A stretch of DNA of 62,390 bases, filler included, from Sphacelaria rigidula (taxonomy: Eukaryota): the NCBI GenBank assembly GCA_964200075.2. It is 4 parts of 4 records of this genome, joined end to end, with 100 filler letters (N's around TTAATTAATTAA, not from the genome) between each part and the next. Parts side by side here need not be neighbours in the genome. Positions count along the whole stretch, not along the records: positions 15,629 to 31,151 come from CAXNAA020001713.1; positions 31,252 to 46,771 come from CAXNAA020001714.1; 2 more parts are not named here. One strand, given 5' to 3'. The notes under the pieces were generated by a model, which was given only the letters and a program-made list of their open reading frames with translations, did not search any database and was not told where the DNA came from. The position numbers and the translations under genes were made by a program. Shown here one piece after another: positions 24,647 to 35,712 of this stretch. Each line of letters begins with the position of its first letter. The stretch's first letter is position 1.

Positions 24647-27600
24647 TCAGAGGGGAATCATTTGGACTCCGTACGACTCCGCCACGTAGCCGTAGTTGTC
24701 GCCCAGGTCGAACACAGCCCACGCACAGTAGTCCGCTGGAAGAAAGGAGAGCGAGTAGCAATGGATAGCGCGAGGCGAAAGGGTGAGCGAAATGCGATTG
24801 TCTGCTTTTCGGATTTCACTGTACATTGTTTTCAGTACCTTGCTCGTGGGGTCATTGAAACCCTTGCTGGGAATGTGGAAGACTACCTCATCTGGACGAC
24901 CACTGGCATCTCTACTGCCCACGTCAAGTAGGGAACATCAAAAGAGGGACGTTGCATGTGCGTGTGTGTGGTGGTACGATTCCTTCGGACGGTATGAAAC
25001 GGCGTAAATTAGCCCCAAGCTGTGAACAGCTCAACGGTTCCGTACCTTCGTAAACAATTTGAGATGCCAAGGATTCTCCCGCCGCATCCAGCGTGTCCCC
25101 ATGGGCCACGACCAGAATCGAAGTCTCTCGCAGCTGGTTTTGCCGCAAGTTCTCGATCGTCGCCATGAAGCGCTGCTTCGCCTCCACCCCGCTTTCGTCC
25201 TCTGGTGGTTGCTCGCCAACTAGAGCGTCTAACTCAACCCCTTCCCCGAGGGCTTCCATCATTCCCGCTCGGTCAAGATAGCTGAACACTGGCTTTCTTC
25301 GCTTATCGCCACCATATAGCCCCCCGTCGGATCCCCTCCTTTTGGTCGACGTGATAATCATTTCTGATATCTCCTTGCGTACCTTATCCATACGCTCCCC
25401 TAAGTCCAGGCTCACTGTAACACCAATCACGCCTAGCGTTCGAGCTACCACGCCCGCAGTCTGCAGGCATCGTCGGAACGGCGAACATATAATCAGAGTT
25501 TCCTCGCCAAAGCCATGCCGGGCCAGCTCTATTGCCTGCGAAGCAGGCAAATCCCTATCAACAATTGGAGTGTCGTACGGTCTGAGAGCCCGATCAATCC
25601 AAGCGACATTTTCTCCCACGTCTTTGCCGTTGCCACCGTTTTTGAAGCTGCTCTTCCGGCTTCTCTGATCGTCCCTGTTCCCATCATTCACGTTTGCGTC
25701 CGTCGCTGTCGAGAGATTTCGTTGTCGCTCGTGCATCGCGTCGTCGAGCCGTGAAGAATGACGCATGACGCCCAGCCGGTAGTAAACTGGATCCGTTTTC
25801 CACCGCTTGGATGGTGTGGTGACCTCGGCTGTGTCAGGTTCCGCAATTACACTCGAAAAATTCAGTAGATGTTCTGGTCTCACGCCGTTTCCAGCAGAAT
25901 CTCGCTTTGATCCAATCGTTGGTGTCAGACAATCCTCTTCAACATCAACCACCCCGTTCTCTAGTGGTATAATCTCTTCTCGTGCCATGTTGCTGGACTC
26001 AGCGATGAGGTCACCGAGGCTTTCTGTAACGCTTCCGTCGGCGCTTGGTCTTCGCTCTTTCCTCGAATCACTATCTTCGCTGTCGTTCGCCCCTTCCGAA
26101 CGAGCATCTGGCTCGTGGAAGGTGCCAGCAGGTACTTCTCCCGCCTCTCCCGAGTCTAAAGTGGAACGAAAAGAAAACGATCATGAGTCAGTTTCGAGAT
26201 TGAGATTGAAAACAATCGCCATGAGGTTTGTGGCGTTCAGTAGCCATCAGCAAGTTGTACAAACTGGGTCCGGACAAAAAACGGAAGCAATGGTTGCCAA
26301 ATACCCAGCCATCATGATGCAACGTTGCACTTGTGGCTATCTTCAAATGGTTTTCATTCCGCACTTCATGAATGGGCTAAAACGACCGACAACAATGTTT
26401 TCGTGAGATTGGGAGTAGAGGATACGATTGAGAGTGAAAAGCGGCCAATTCGTGACTGAATCATTTCAGTTCCGAAATGCCCCTCCACGAAGCCCGATGT
26501 ACCTTCTGTAGCAGCTTGCCAATGAGGTCCTTGATATCCCCGAGTAGGATATTGACATGTAGCTGTAAGCACACGCTAGTGATGGAGCCAAAGTGAAAGC
26601 GAATAACCACAGCCACTCTCAATCAGCGCTCTACTCTCAATCTCACGAAAACGTTCTTCGACATGGAGAACAGCTTACCACGACCTTCGCAGCGACAGCT
26701 CACGGCGAACGTTCGAGAGCAGTTTTACAACGAAACTCGTGCGACCCTTGCTTGTAGGCGAGCCAACCGTCGCCGCCATTCAGATTCGTACCTGTCTCAG
26801 TCTCCGGGTAGGCCGCTGCGGTCATATCACGTTCAAGCTGTTGCTCCATTTCCGTCAATTTCACAGCTACTGCGCTCTGGGGCGGCGCTACCGAAGGCAG
26901 CGACTTGCTGCCACCTGTTCCATGCTTGAAATTAGGTTGTGGGTCCTTCTCAGCAGGAGTCGCAGAAGACGCAGCCTGTGGTGTCAAGGGAGGACCTTCG
27001 GCTGACGGGGGTGAGCTTGCCACGACAACAGGCGACTCTGGCTTTGCCTTTAACCATGCAGTATCGGGCACAAAAGAGAATCTCCGACTGCCACTGGTAC
27101 CTCTCGATCTGCCCTCCTCTGAAAGGGCCGAGGTTGTACCTAGCGCACTACCGGTCTGGCGACCGTTCCTGGTATGCGTTGTTTGGCCCCCCGCAACAAC
27201 GCTTGTTACAGTGATTTTGGGTTCGGCGACAGTGCATTCTGGCGAGGATTGTTGCTCTGACTCTTCAGTTGTGCGGCTGCCGGACCCTCCACCGACAACA
27301 GAAGATTCAATTTCCGGTGCGTTGCTGCCGGCAACTGCAGGTGCAGCAATATATCGTTGTTCGACGTCGGGTACGGCGGTATCTGTCTGTTCAACGTCGA
27401 GCGAAGCACCATCTCGTTGTCCGACGTCGGGTGCGGTGATATTCGTCTGTTCGACGTCGACTGCAGTGGTATTTGTCTGTTCATCGTCGGGTGCGGTTGC
27501 ACCTGTCTGTTCTTCCGCTCCGTGCAGAACCGGCACCACCGGCATAGATGATCCAACTACTGCGGTCGTCTCCAAATCGGATTCGCCCGCCTCCCAAGTA

Positions 27601-28740
27601 TGGGCCTGATGGTTCTCGTCGCTGTCTTCGTCGTCGCTGTCCTCAAATGACAGGTTCTGTTGCACAACGAATTGTCCCGAGGGCCTAGTTTTCTGGTTTG
27701 CTGACAAACGTTCGTCGTCCGTATCGTCGTCGCTATCGCCCTCGTCGTCTTCAAATTCCTTGTTTTCGAACTCTTGGAAGTTGTACTCTCCTGCTTCACC
27801 TGTTGCATTTGTCAAGGTTCAGTTCGGTGACATTTAAGGCACGATCAGAACATTAAGATTGCCGTACGCACTATATATTATTTCAGCACAACTACGACCC
27901 GTGATCACATGAGAAATATCTCCTGATTATATTTCTTTTGTCAATGAATATTTAGATTTGTTCAAACACATAGCCTATAATAGCAGCGATCGTCAAGTGA
28001 AAAAAAAAAACGTCTACTCTTCATCACGGTTGTGAAAGAGGCACCCTGCTCAGCACATCCATTACACCGCAGTATCAACTCTCGAGGTAAAGGAGACGTT
28101 GCACGAACGAGACTAACTTCGTCTCCAATTGTGCCGTTGTATTGACTGTGTCATCTCCGATCGTGTGTTGCCTGAATGCCGATACGGTTATCTTTAGTTT
28201 TGATATACTTGACTGAAATGACTCCCCGCCTCTGAAAACTTTTGAATGCTGCTTGAGCCGGTCGGGCGGACAAAACATGATGGATCCTGAGGTATGACAT
28301 TTATGAGGCCAACTCCACGAGAAACATGGAGAAGTTCGCCTCTGTCGACCGCATTCTCCGTATCCGTACACTGCGACCCCACTCCCGTCGGTCTCAAGGC
28401 TTACATGGCTGTCCAGTTTCATCATGTGAATGTCCTTCTTCTCCATAATGCTCTTTGTCTCGACATCAGCATGAGCTGTTTGTCTCAACTTTTTCGCGAT
28501 TATTCCGGGTGAGACGAAAGGGGCGGTCAAAACCGTTGCCTCGGTGTCAATAAAGTGCTGACACTTACCAATATTTGTACATCTTACACCGGACAGGGAA
28601 TCGTGAGGTGCATAGATCGGCCTCAGCTCCTCGTGAGTCAACCCTCCTTCCCTTCGATAGTTCCTCACCACGGAGGGTCTCGTGAAACGCTTGGCTTGGA
28701 GAGCACGCGATGGGGTGCGTAGGGGTGATACGAGAACCAT
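24647..28740 (-). CDS. Histidine phosphatase (phosphoglycerate mutase-like) family protein with a long acidic, low-complexity N-terminus
   Basis: Exons 27799-26792, 26155-25046 and 24735-24647 splice in frame, all phase 1. A tentative first exon 28740-28569 runs from ATG to a G|GTAAGT donor. Motifs: VMRHSSRLD, RPYDTPI, CSPFRRCLQTA, LVVAHGD, VYE|ADYCAW. Confidence 0.85.
26391..26658 (+). mobile_element. MITE family A copy 4, 4-bp TSD CGAC, in an intron of the histidine phosphatase gene
   Basis: aacaatgttttcgtgagattgggagtagag ... ctctactctcaatctcacgaaaacgttctt, with CGAC at 26387-26390 and 26659-26662. Confidence 0.88.
27340..27517 (-). repeat. Coding tandem repeat, 30-bp (10-aa) unit, 6 copies
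   Basis: EEQTGATAPD/DEQTNTTAVD/VEQTNITAPD/VGQRDGASLD/VEQTDTAVPD/VEQRYIAAPA in ORF 26700-27815. Confidence 0.85.
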
Positions 28741-30864
28741 CTTGAAACCAAGAGAATCCTAGATCGATTCCCGGCGTTCAAGCCGGGGATAAGCAAGAAG
28801 TTTTTCATGCACGTCCTTGATCACATTTGTCCCGCCGTGTTACTGGATGTCAGTACAGCCTACATGTGCAGGGCATAATCTCGAAAGTGAACTACAGGGG
28901 GGCCGGTGCCAAGAACCTGTGTGTGCACGATAGTCTGCAGTGTACATGCAGGCCGGTGGGTGCTTCTGTACAGTACAGCTACGGCAGGGGCTGCTTGTGG
29001 CTCATTACATACCTCATGACCAACTGACTCTTGGCGGACTGTTGTGACTGACCGACAGATGCTACCATCACAGAATAACAAAAAAAATCGCTTGCAAGAC
29101 GGAAGCCACCCGACCACCCCCAGCAAGGTATGGCAGCACCACACTGAGAGAGGCACAGTCACTGCCTCGAACGCGACTGTAGCAGTTTTCAAATGCACAT
29201 GCCCATGGAGTTTTCATGTTCTCATCATGGCTGTCATGACCGACAAACGAGGAGCAACTGTACAGCTGCAGAAAAACCCAACAGGGGTTACTTCCATATC
29301 ATCTTCCACAGAATGAAAGGTCTCTCTCGCACGAGTCGCTCTTAACGGACTATTCTCGCGTATCTACTGTGACCTTCACCCTTTTGAGACCGGACCCTGA
29401 AATATATTAATCAAGTCCCCGGGAGGTCATCACGATTAGACGATGTCCAACGCCAAGAAATACATTTTGTTTTGAGACGGTGGTTTATTAGTGTTCAAAC
29501 AGTGGTCGGTTGCCCGGTTTCCTGAAAAACGCCGAGTTCAATAATGCCACAAGGTCAACCTTTCTAGTTAGGGATGTTGATTCCAAGGATGGTGGCTTTT
29601 GCGGGTACTTACTCGCAGTTAATACAGCGTTCAACGCGTTTTTTTTTCCGGGGTCAGGAGCCCACACAAAAAACAACCAATGTTCAGATTTCCCGTCATT
29701 ATGCAAACAGAAATTGGGTTACACGGAGAACGAAGAAGTATCACACGACGACTGACGGATGCAGATAATCGTCACCAAAGATACCTACACCTCACATCTA
29801 GCCCTAAAAATGCTGTTCTATCGCAGGTAGCAGCCTTGTGCTACACAAGCATCAGCACAGCAGTAGCACTGACCACATGTTCACGGACTTTACCGTGCAG
29901 GAGGTTGAGATGCATCTAGTACACTAACGCGCAATACTCCAGCACAGTTCTGCTGGCCAGCATCAGGAAATATCCTCTGTTAGCCAGCATCTGCCGACAC
30001 GGGGGAAGCACGCCGAGGTTTTGGCGCCGCAGCAGAATGCCGACAGCTGTGGTGTATTCAAACAACCGTTCGCAGTGTCGATAGATGTATATCGCCTATC
30101 ATCACTTTCCGTGTGTTCGCAGGTGATCATCACGTTTGGGCAGCGCATGTACGTCGCACTCCCCGGTAGGGGTACTGACTGCGTTGTACTGCTGTCCGAC
30201 TACCGCGTGCAGAACAGAGGATGAAGGGTCGTGAACTACGATACACGTGGCGGGCTGCGAAAATAAAAACAACAAACGCCCTGAACCCTTTGGGCGCCGT
30301 AAACTTCAGATGGACTCCATATGGAACGGCAAATGCGCGCACAGCGGCAACTTCGGCCGTATGCAAAACGCCATGTTACGCGGGTGAGGGGTTCCGACCT
30401 TCGAACTTCTGCGGAAGCCAGTGTTATCGGGGGAAAGTGGATGAGATGGGAAAATAAGAATATGAAAACCAAGCTAAAACGAAGGTATACCCAGATGGAC
30501 CGTTTACTGTCGATTTGGACTGGTTCACCTGACAGCTCCGGCTGTCACAGGGGTATCGAGGTAATTAGAACTTTATGGTACGCACGTCCGACATAAAATT
30601 TGGCCGTCTCTGCAACCACGGGCTCATGTGCGAGTGCTTGACGCCAGTCTCCAGTGCAACCTCGACTGAGTGAGAGCGATGGCGGACACCGCGCGGTGTC
30701 TCGTCCTGTATTCTTCAAAGTCTGTCCAAAGGCGACTCACGGTGGTTCACCGTCCACGCTTCGTTGCGCAACACATCGCCCTTGTAAAAACAGGCGTCAA
30801 CCTCTAGCCAGCAGTTGTGGGGTCACGATCACTCATCATCGCTGTATATACCGCTGAGCCAGTA

Positions 30865-31151
30865 CGAGCAGGATCAGCCAAGAGTAGATGTGAATCTCGC
30901 TCAGGCGACGCACGGCGCGATATCAGGTGTTGGACGCTGAAATTTTGACAGCAGCTTTTCAAAACCGAAATGCAAAAGATCATGGGACCAGCAAGTAAAA
31001 AAATAATGATAAAAAAGGTCATGGGCGCTTGAAATTTCAGCAAAAACAAGATAGTGCCATAAGTCCAGGAAAAAAAAAGAGAATCTGCAGCTGGACACGG
31101 GAAGTATCAGTTCCTTGGGTGCAGAAGGTCTTCCTGAAATTTCAGCTCAGG
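30865..31151. mobile_element. MITE family B1 partial copy, cut by the contig end
   Basis: TA|cgagcaggatcagccaa... is colinear with 12637-12912 (ctgaaattttgacagcagc, gagaatctgcagctg, gaaatttcagctca). Confidence 0.75.
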
Positions 31152-31251
31152 NNNNNNNNNNNNNNNNNNNNNNNNNNNNNNNNNNNNNNNNNNNNTTAAT
31201 TAATTAANNNNNNNNNNNNNNNNNNNNNNNNNNNNNNNNNNNNNNNNNNNN
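31152..31251. other. Artificial contig linker
   Basis: N44-TTAATTAATTAA-N44. Confidence 0.98.
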
Positions 31252-31439
31252 CGCGAGAGGGGTTTAGCAGTCCCTTTCCCTCGTCGACCATTCAGTCGAA
31301 TTTTGTGTACCCACGACATAGTCGCTCTCCATTGTTGGGCATGGTATAAGAAAAAATCCCAGTTCGCTCCGGGAATCGTACCCCACAACTCAACCATCAG
31401 AAGGTTACGACGTTACCAACTGAGCCACCAGGGCGACCG
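31252..31439 (-). mobile_element. tRNA-derived SINE (5' head and body), cut by the contig end
   Basis: The reverse complement begins ggtcgccctggtggctcagttggtaac...ggggtacgattcccggagcg, with A box TGGCTCAGTTGG and a B-box-like GGTACGATTCC. No proper acceptor stem. Near-identical head at 62317-62390. Confidence 0.8.
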
Positions 31440-31449
31440 GCCGGATTTC

Positions 31450-32460
31450 AAGGGGGTGGCACTCGGTTTTCCAACTCGACGCGCGACAATGTGCGATCGA
31501 TTTTTTAGATGTTTTTTCCTCGGAATTTTTCGCGCCCCGGTGCCATCTCCCCGACCGGCGCCATCTCCCCTACCCCGGTGCCAAAATGCACTTAAATGAT
31601 TCTTTCTGGATTATTCAACGCACTCCGGTGCCATCTCTCCGACCGGTGCGATGCCCAAACAAATGCAAACCGTGGCCTACATAATACTGATGATGCTACA
31701 GGAGTGCTGAAAGTGGGCACTCCGGTGCCATCTCTCGCACCATCACCGCACTCCGTACCGCCCTACAGCAACTCATCGGTACCGTTGTACGAGCAGATAC
31801 AATTGTGATGTGATAACGGGAAGAAACAGGAAGCACACACCAGACACATCTACACCGCTAGCTGTACGCCGCGCCCAACAACCCGAACCAGAAGAGGCGG
31901 CGAACTAGATAAATGAAGAAAAATCTCCCGCCAAGGTCCCGCCGATTTGTCTTGTGTGGTACCGCAGAGCACACACATAACCCAACCATGTCAGAGAACG
32001 CAGGTGCCCAAACCACCTCCTCACAGCCCAGTGGCAATGCTGCTCCTGCTGCTCCTACTTCGGCTGCTTCATTTGGGTGTGTACCGTACTTTGTTCGGAT
32101 GGAATGAGCGATTTTCCATGCGGAATAAATGAAAATAAAAGACATCATCCTGCTTGAACCGTGACCATACGCAAAGTAGTGTTGCCCCGACAAATGTTGA
32201 CAACACTACACACATGAAAGGTACCCATGTGTGTACATGCAGCAGCTCATGAGCAGCCCTGCTCCACCCGCGGAACCCTCAAAGTTGGGTTCCGGGTCGG
32301 TAAGATCGCACCCCGGTGCGATCTTACCGACCCCGGTGCGAAAATGCGACTGAATCATGCCATTTTCACTTTTTTTGCGCACCCCCGTGCCAGCTCCCCG
32401 ACCGGTGCCATCTTCCCGACCGGTGCCATCTCTCTCACTTTCACGGTACTTTCGGTGGAG
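31450..32460. repeat. Unclassified element with repeated CCGGTGCCATCT-like motifs and a perfect palindrome
   Basis: Motif clusters at about 31535-31740 and 32310-32435. Perfect 19-bp-arm palindrome at 32294-32333. Confidence 0.55.
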
Positions 32461-32499
32461 AGACAACGCCTACATAAAGGCCGTAGGTATCTTTGAATG

Positions 32500-32915
32500 A
32501 CGAACAAAATAAGACTCGAAAAATGTTTTTTGGTCCTTCGTCGTTGCACTTCCTCAGAGAAGAGGTAGGCGGAGTTTGACACCTTGGAATGACTTGCTCC
32601 ACTTGTTGAGACGGTTCCAGGACATCTTCGCGTTTTCCCGGCGACCGCGATTTTTATCTCGGCCAAACAAGCATTTTCGTCCAGGGACGGTCAAGCCGTA
32701 AAAAAATGGTAGTATGTTCTAGATTTGACCGTTCTTGACCGTCCTTGGACACGGCTCAAGTTAGGCCAACAAAAAGCTACGGCGACCGCAAAACGCGAAG
32801 ATGTCCTGGAATGGTCTCAACGAGAAGACCTAGCCATCCCAAAGTGTCAGACTACTCGTAACTCTCTTTTAGCGTGTGAAACGACAAACAAGGATAAAAA
32901 AAGCATTTGTACAGG
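32500..32915. mobile_element. Foldback MITE related to the Harbinger-like element at 22927
   Basis: gttgagacggttccaggacatcttcgcgtttt pairs with aaaacgcgaagatgtcctggaatggtctcaac. Shares gac.ccttgg.atgacttgctcca with 23026-23049. Ends approximate. Confidence 0.6.
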
Positions 32916-34508
32916 ACTTTTCTTGCTTGCCGTGAGGAGCGGACTCACAGTGACTCGCCCACAAGGCAAGACCTACAGCGCTTTGTTGTCTCAAAACAAA
33001 AGTAAAATCATCGCGTCATATGTAGTACATTCACGTGGTCTGAAAGAGCTCTCGCTAAACAACAGAATGGCGTGGGATTTTCCTTCACTGGTGGTGTATG
33101 TGCTGTAGGCGCAGCTTGTGCGGGTGTGGTTAAGTAGTGCTTTGATTGTGTGCCTGGGGTTTGCGGGGAGTTTCCACCCATCCCCTACAGCCAATTGAGC
33201 GGAAGAAATGCAAGTTGATACAGCCACTAGCCCCGCACATGAAACCGCAGCAGTAAGCTTGTCACCCCCACCAACTCCCGTCGTCAGTAGTAGAGGTGCG
33301 GTGGGGTATTCATTGCCCCAACACCCAAAGCTACTGAGTCAAACACTACTCACAGCTGAGTGATACAATCAGGGCGAAAAGAGGTGCACCCGCCTCGCTC
33401 AGACCATCTTTTATGGCAGTCACCACTCTCGATTTTCTCGAGCATCGGGAGAAAAAAATCGGCTAACGCATTTTACGGACACTGATTTGGGGCGGAAAAA
33501 TCGGGGAGTCACGATCTCGGAACGGTTTCCCCCGACTTCCCGAAAAAATCGGCGGGAGTCGTTCCAAAATCGTGACTCCCCCCGATTGTTTTGAGTTGGC
33601 GTACGTGCATGGACGTACAGGGGAAAAGCACGAAGCCTTCGATATTTTTGCAGCAGCAGCAGAGTACAGTCTTGTAACAGCGCAGGGCGTGCCTGCCCGC
33701 GCCAGCTGCTGAAGCAGCTTCGCACGGGGTTCGACAAGCGGATAAAATAGTGCTGACACCGTACCCTGCGGCGATGGTAATATTTGATCCTGCGCTGCGC
33801 TGCCATATGTATCACTATAGCGAACGCTACTGTACTCTCCTAGTCTGTTGTTTCGCTGTACTTGAGGGATGATATATGGCACTGCACTACTGAACTGTGC
33901 TCGCGCACTGTTTGTTCGCTGTTCTCGCAATACCGACTGTGCCATCATGTATCACCACACGTCATCATCATGTACTGTACTGATGGAGTGTCCTGCACTG
34001 CATTACTCAAGGGCACCAAGGTGCGACACTGTACTCGAAGGATTAGTCACCGCGTGCCTGCTCTTCGGCTTCATGCACGAGTATGCAGTACCACACTCAT
34101 GCACAAAATGACCGTCGGTGCAAATAGCTGTTTCACAAATCTATGACAGTCTGTCTGTACCATAAAATGGTCCCCCCGATTTTGAGTTCGCGAATTTGAG
34201 TCCCCCCGATCTCTTCAAAATCGGGATCTGGAAAAAATCGAGATTCGTTGCCATCAAAGTTGGTCTCAACCATGACGAAACAATCCTGTACGCCTACTGG
34301 TTCAAGCCTTTTTTCTTCGTCACTTTTGCCAGCGTCCATGTCCTTGTTGCCCCAATGTACGCCTACAAAAATCATTTTCTCAACGTGAGCTGCCAGCGGA
34401 CGGACTCTCGGAATGCAATCCCAGGGCGTTCAAATGGTCAAGTGCTGCGACAATCCACTCCTCAATCTTTGTGCTTTTGTGCATAGCCGACTAAAAAACG
34501 TCATATCT

Positions 34509-34671
34509 TCAACCGTTTAGCTGCCAAGGCGTAAAAAATTGGGTGTGAGCACGTGGGCAGTATTTCATTATTATCATGAAAAAACACCCCCCCCCGCCCC
34601 CTGGAAAGTCTCGGATGTCGCTGGACTGTCAGCCTGTGAAAACACGGCGACGCTCGCTGTCTAAGGGTTAA
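34509..34671. mobile_element. Short dispersed repeat, possibly a piggyBac-type MITE
   Basis: 34590-34670 matches about 8203-8278 (ccctggaa..ctcggatgtc.ctggactgtcagc.tgtgaaa...gctcgctgtctaagg). This copy ends AGGG|TTAA. Confidence 0.45.
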
Positions 34672-35394
34672 GAGCACATTGGTTTTTCGAGGCGAATCAG
34701 TTGTTTTGAAATATAGAATTAGTGCTCGCACCGGCCTCATCTGTGAAAATACACAAAATTGAACATGAGCACAAACAGATTCACCTATTGCACAACGAAA
34801 GCACCACATTTACAGTGAGGGCTAGCAACCACGTGAAGACCGGCAGATGCAGCAATGTTTTGATGTTATGATAGTGAACCCCTTACGGTACGCCGATTTG
34901 CCGGCGGTGGCGTGTATGGCCGTGCGATCAGTTCATTATACTGTACTGTGTTGCACTGGCTGTACTTTATTTTCCTTCAAGTTAATCAAGGTTTGGAGCG
35001 GCGGATTCCTCGGCGAGTGGACATGCCCATCGATGACAAGCATGCTTTGGCTGGCCACCCAGGCCATCCCGGCCTGGGTGTCCCTGCCTGGGAAACCTGG
35101 CTGGGGTGGCCAGCTCATGGCAGTAGCGATGGGCATCGTGATCACGAACAAAATGTTTGCCATGGCCTAAGCATTCTCAACACACGTCGCCATTGCACTC
35201 CTGATGAATCATATATGCACTCTTGGATAATAACACAGAACGAGAGGCTGGCCATTGCCGCGTGGTCACTTCAACCGTCGTCACCTTTTTGAAGCAGCGT
35301 CTTCGCTTTTGTGGGCTGTCTGCGTAAAAAACCTGTCAACTTAGATCGTGCGGCCGATCTGTTACTCATAGCCAGACTATCGTCGTGCAAGGCA

Positions 35395-35712
35395 ATAACG
35401 CTGACTCTAGCCCTAATCCCAACCTCAAGGCGTGCCGAGAACTCGGGCAAGGAGCGCTCCAGGCAAGTGTGCTTTGGCAGACCTAAAATCGGCGCCTGCG
35501 GCGCCGATTTGGACAAGAAGGCATTTTTACCGGCAGTACAGCAGCGCAGATATCAACTTGCATCATACAGCCGATCCGTTACTCCCAGCAATACTGTCCT
35601 CGTGCAAGGCACTAACGCTAAAACCCTATTCCTAACCCCTACCCAAGGCATACCAAGAACACATGCAAGGGGTGCCCTGGGCAAGGGTGCGTTGGTAGAC
35701 CTAAAATCGTGA
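35395..35712 (+). repeat. Two partial copies of telomere-like-headed repeat family T
   Basis: ctagccctaatcccaacctcaaggcg...ggcagacctaaaatcggcgcctgcggcgccgat and ctaacgctaaaaccctattcctaaccctacccaaggc...ggtagacctaaaatcg. Confidence 0.65.

Noticed and set aside
25807..27609. Long plus-strand ORFs 25807-26406 and 26905-27609
   Set aside because: They are antisense shadows of the real minus-strand exons.
34990..35170. GC-rich exon-like stretch (GHPGHPG reading)
   Set aside because: No recognisable domain, partner exons or convincing splice sites.
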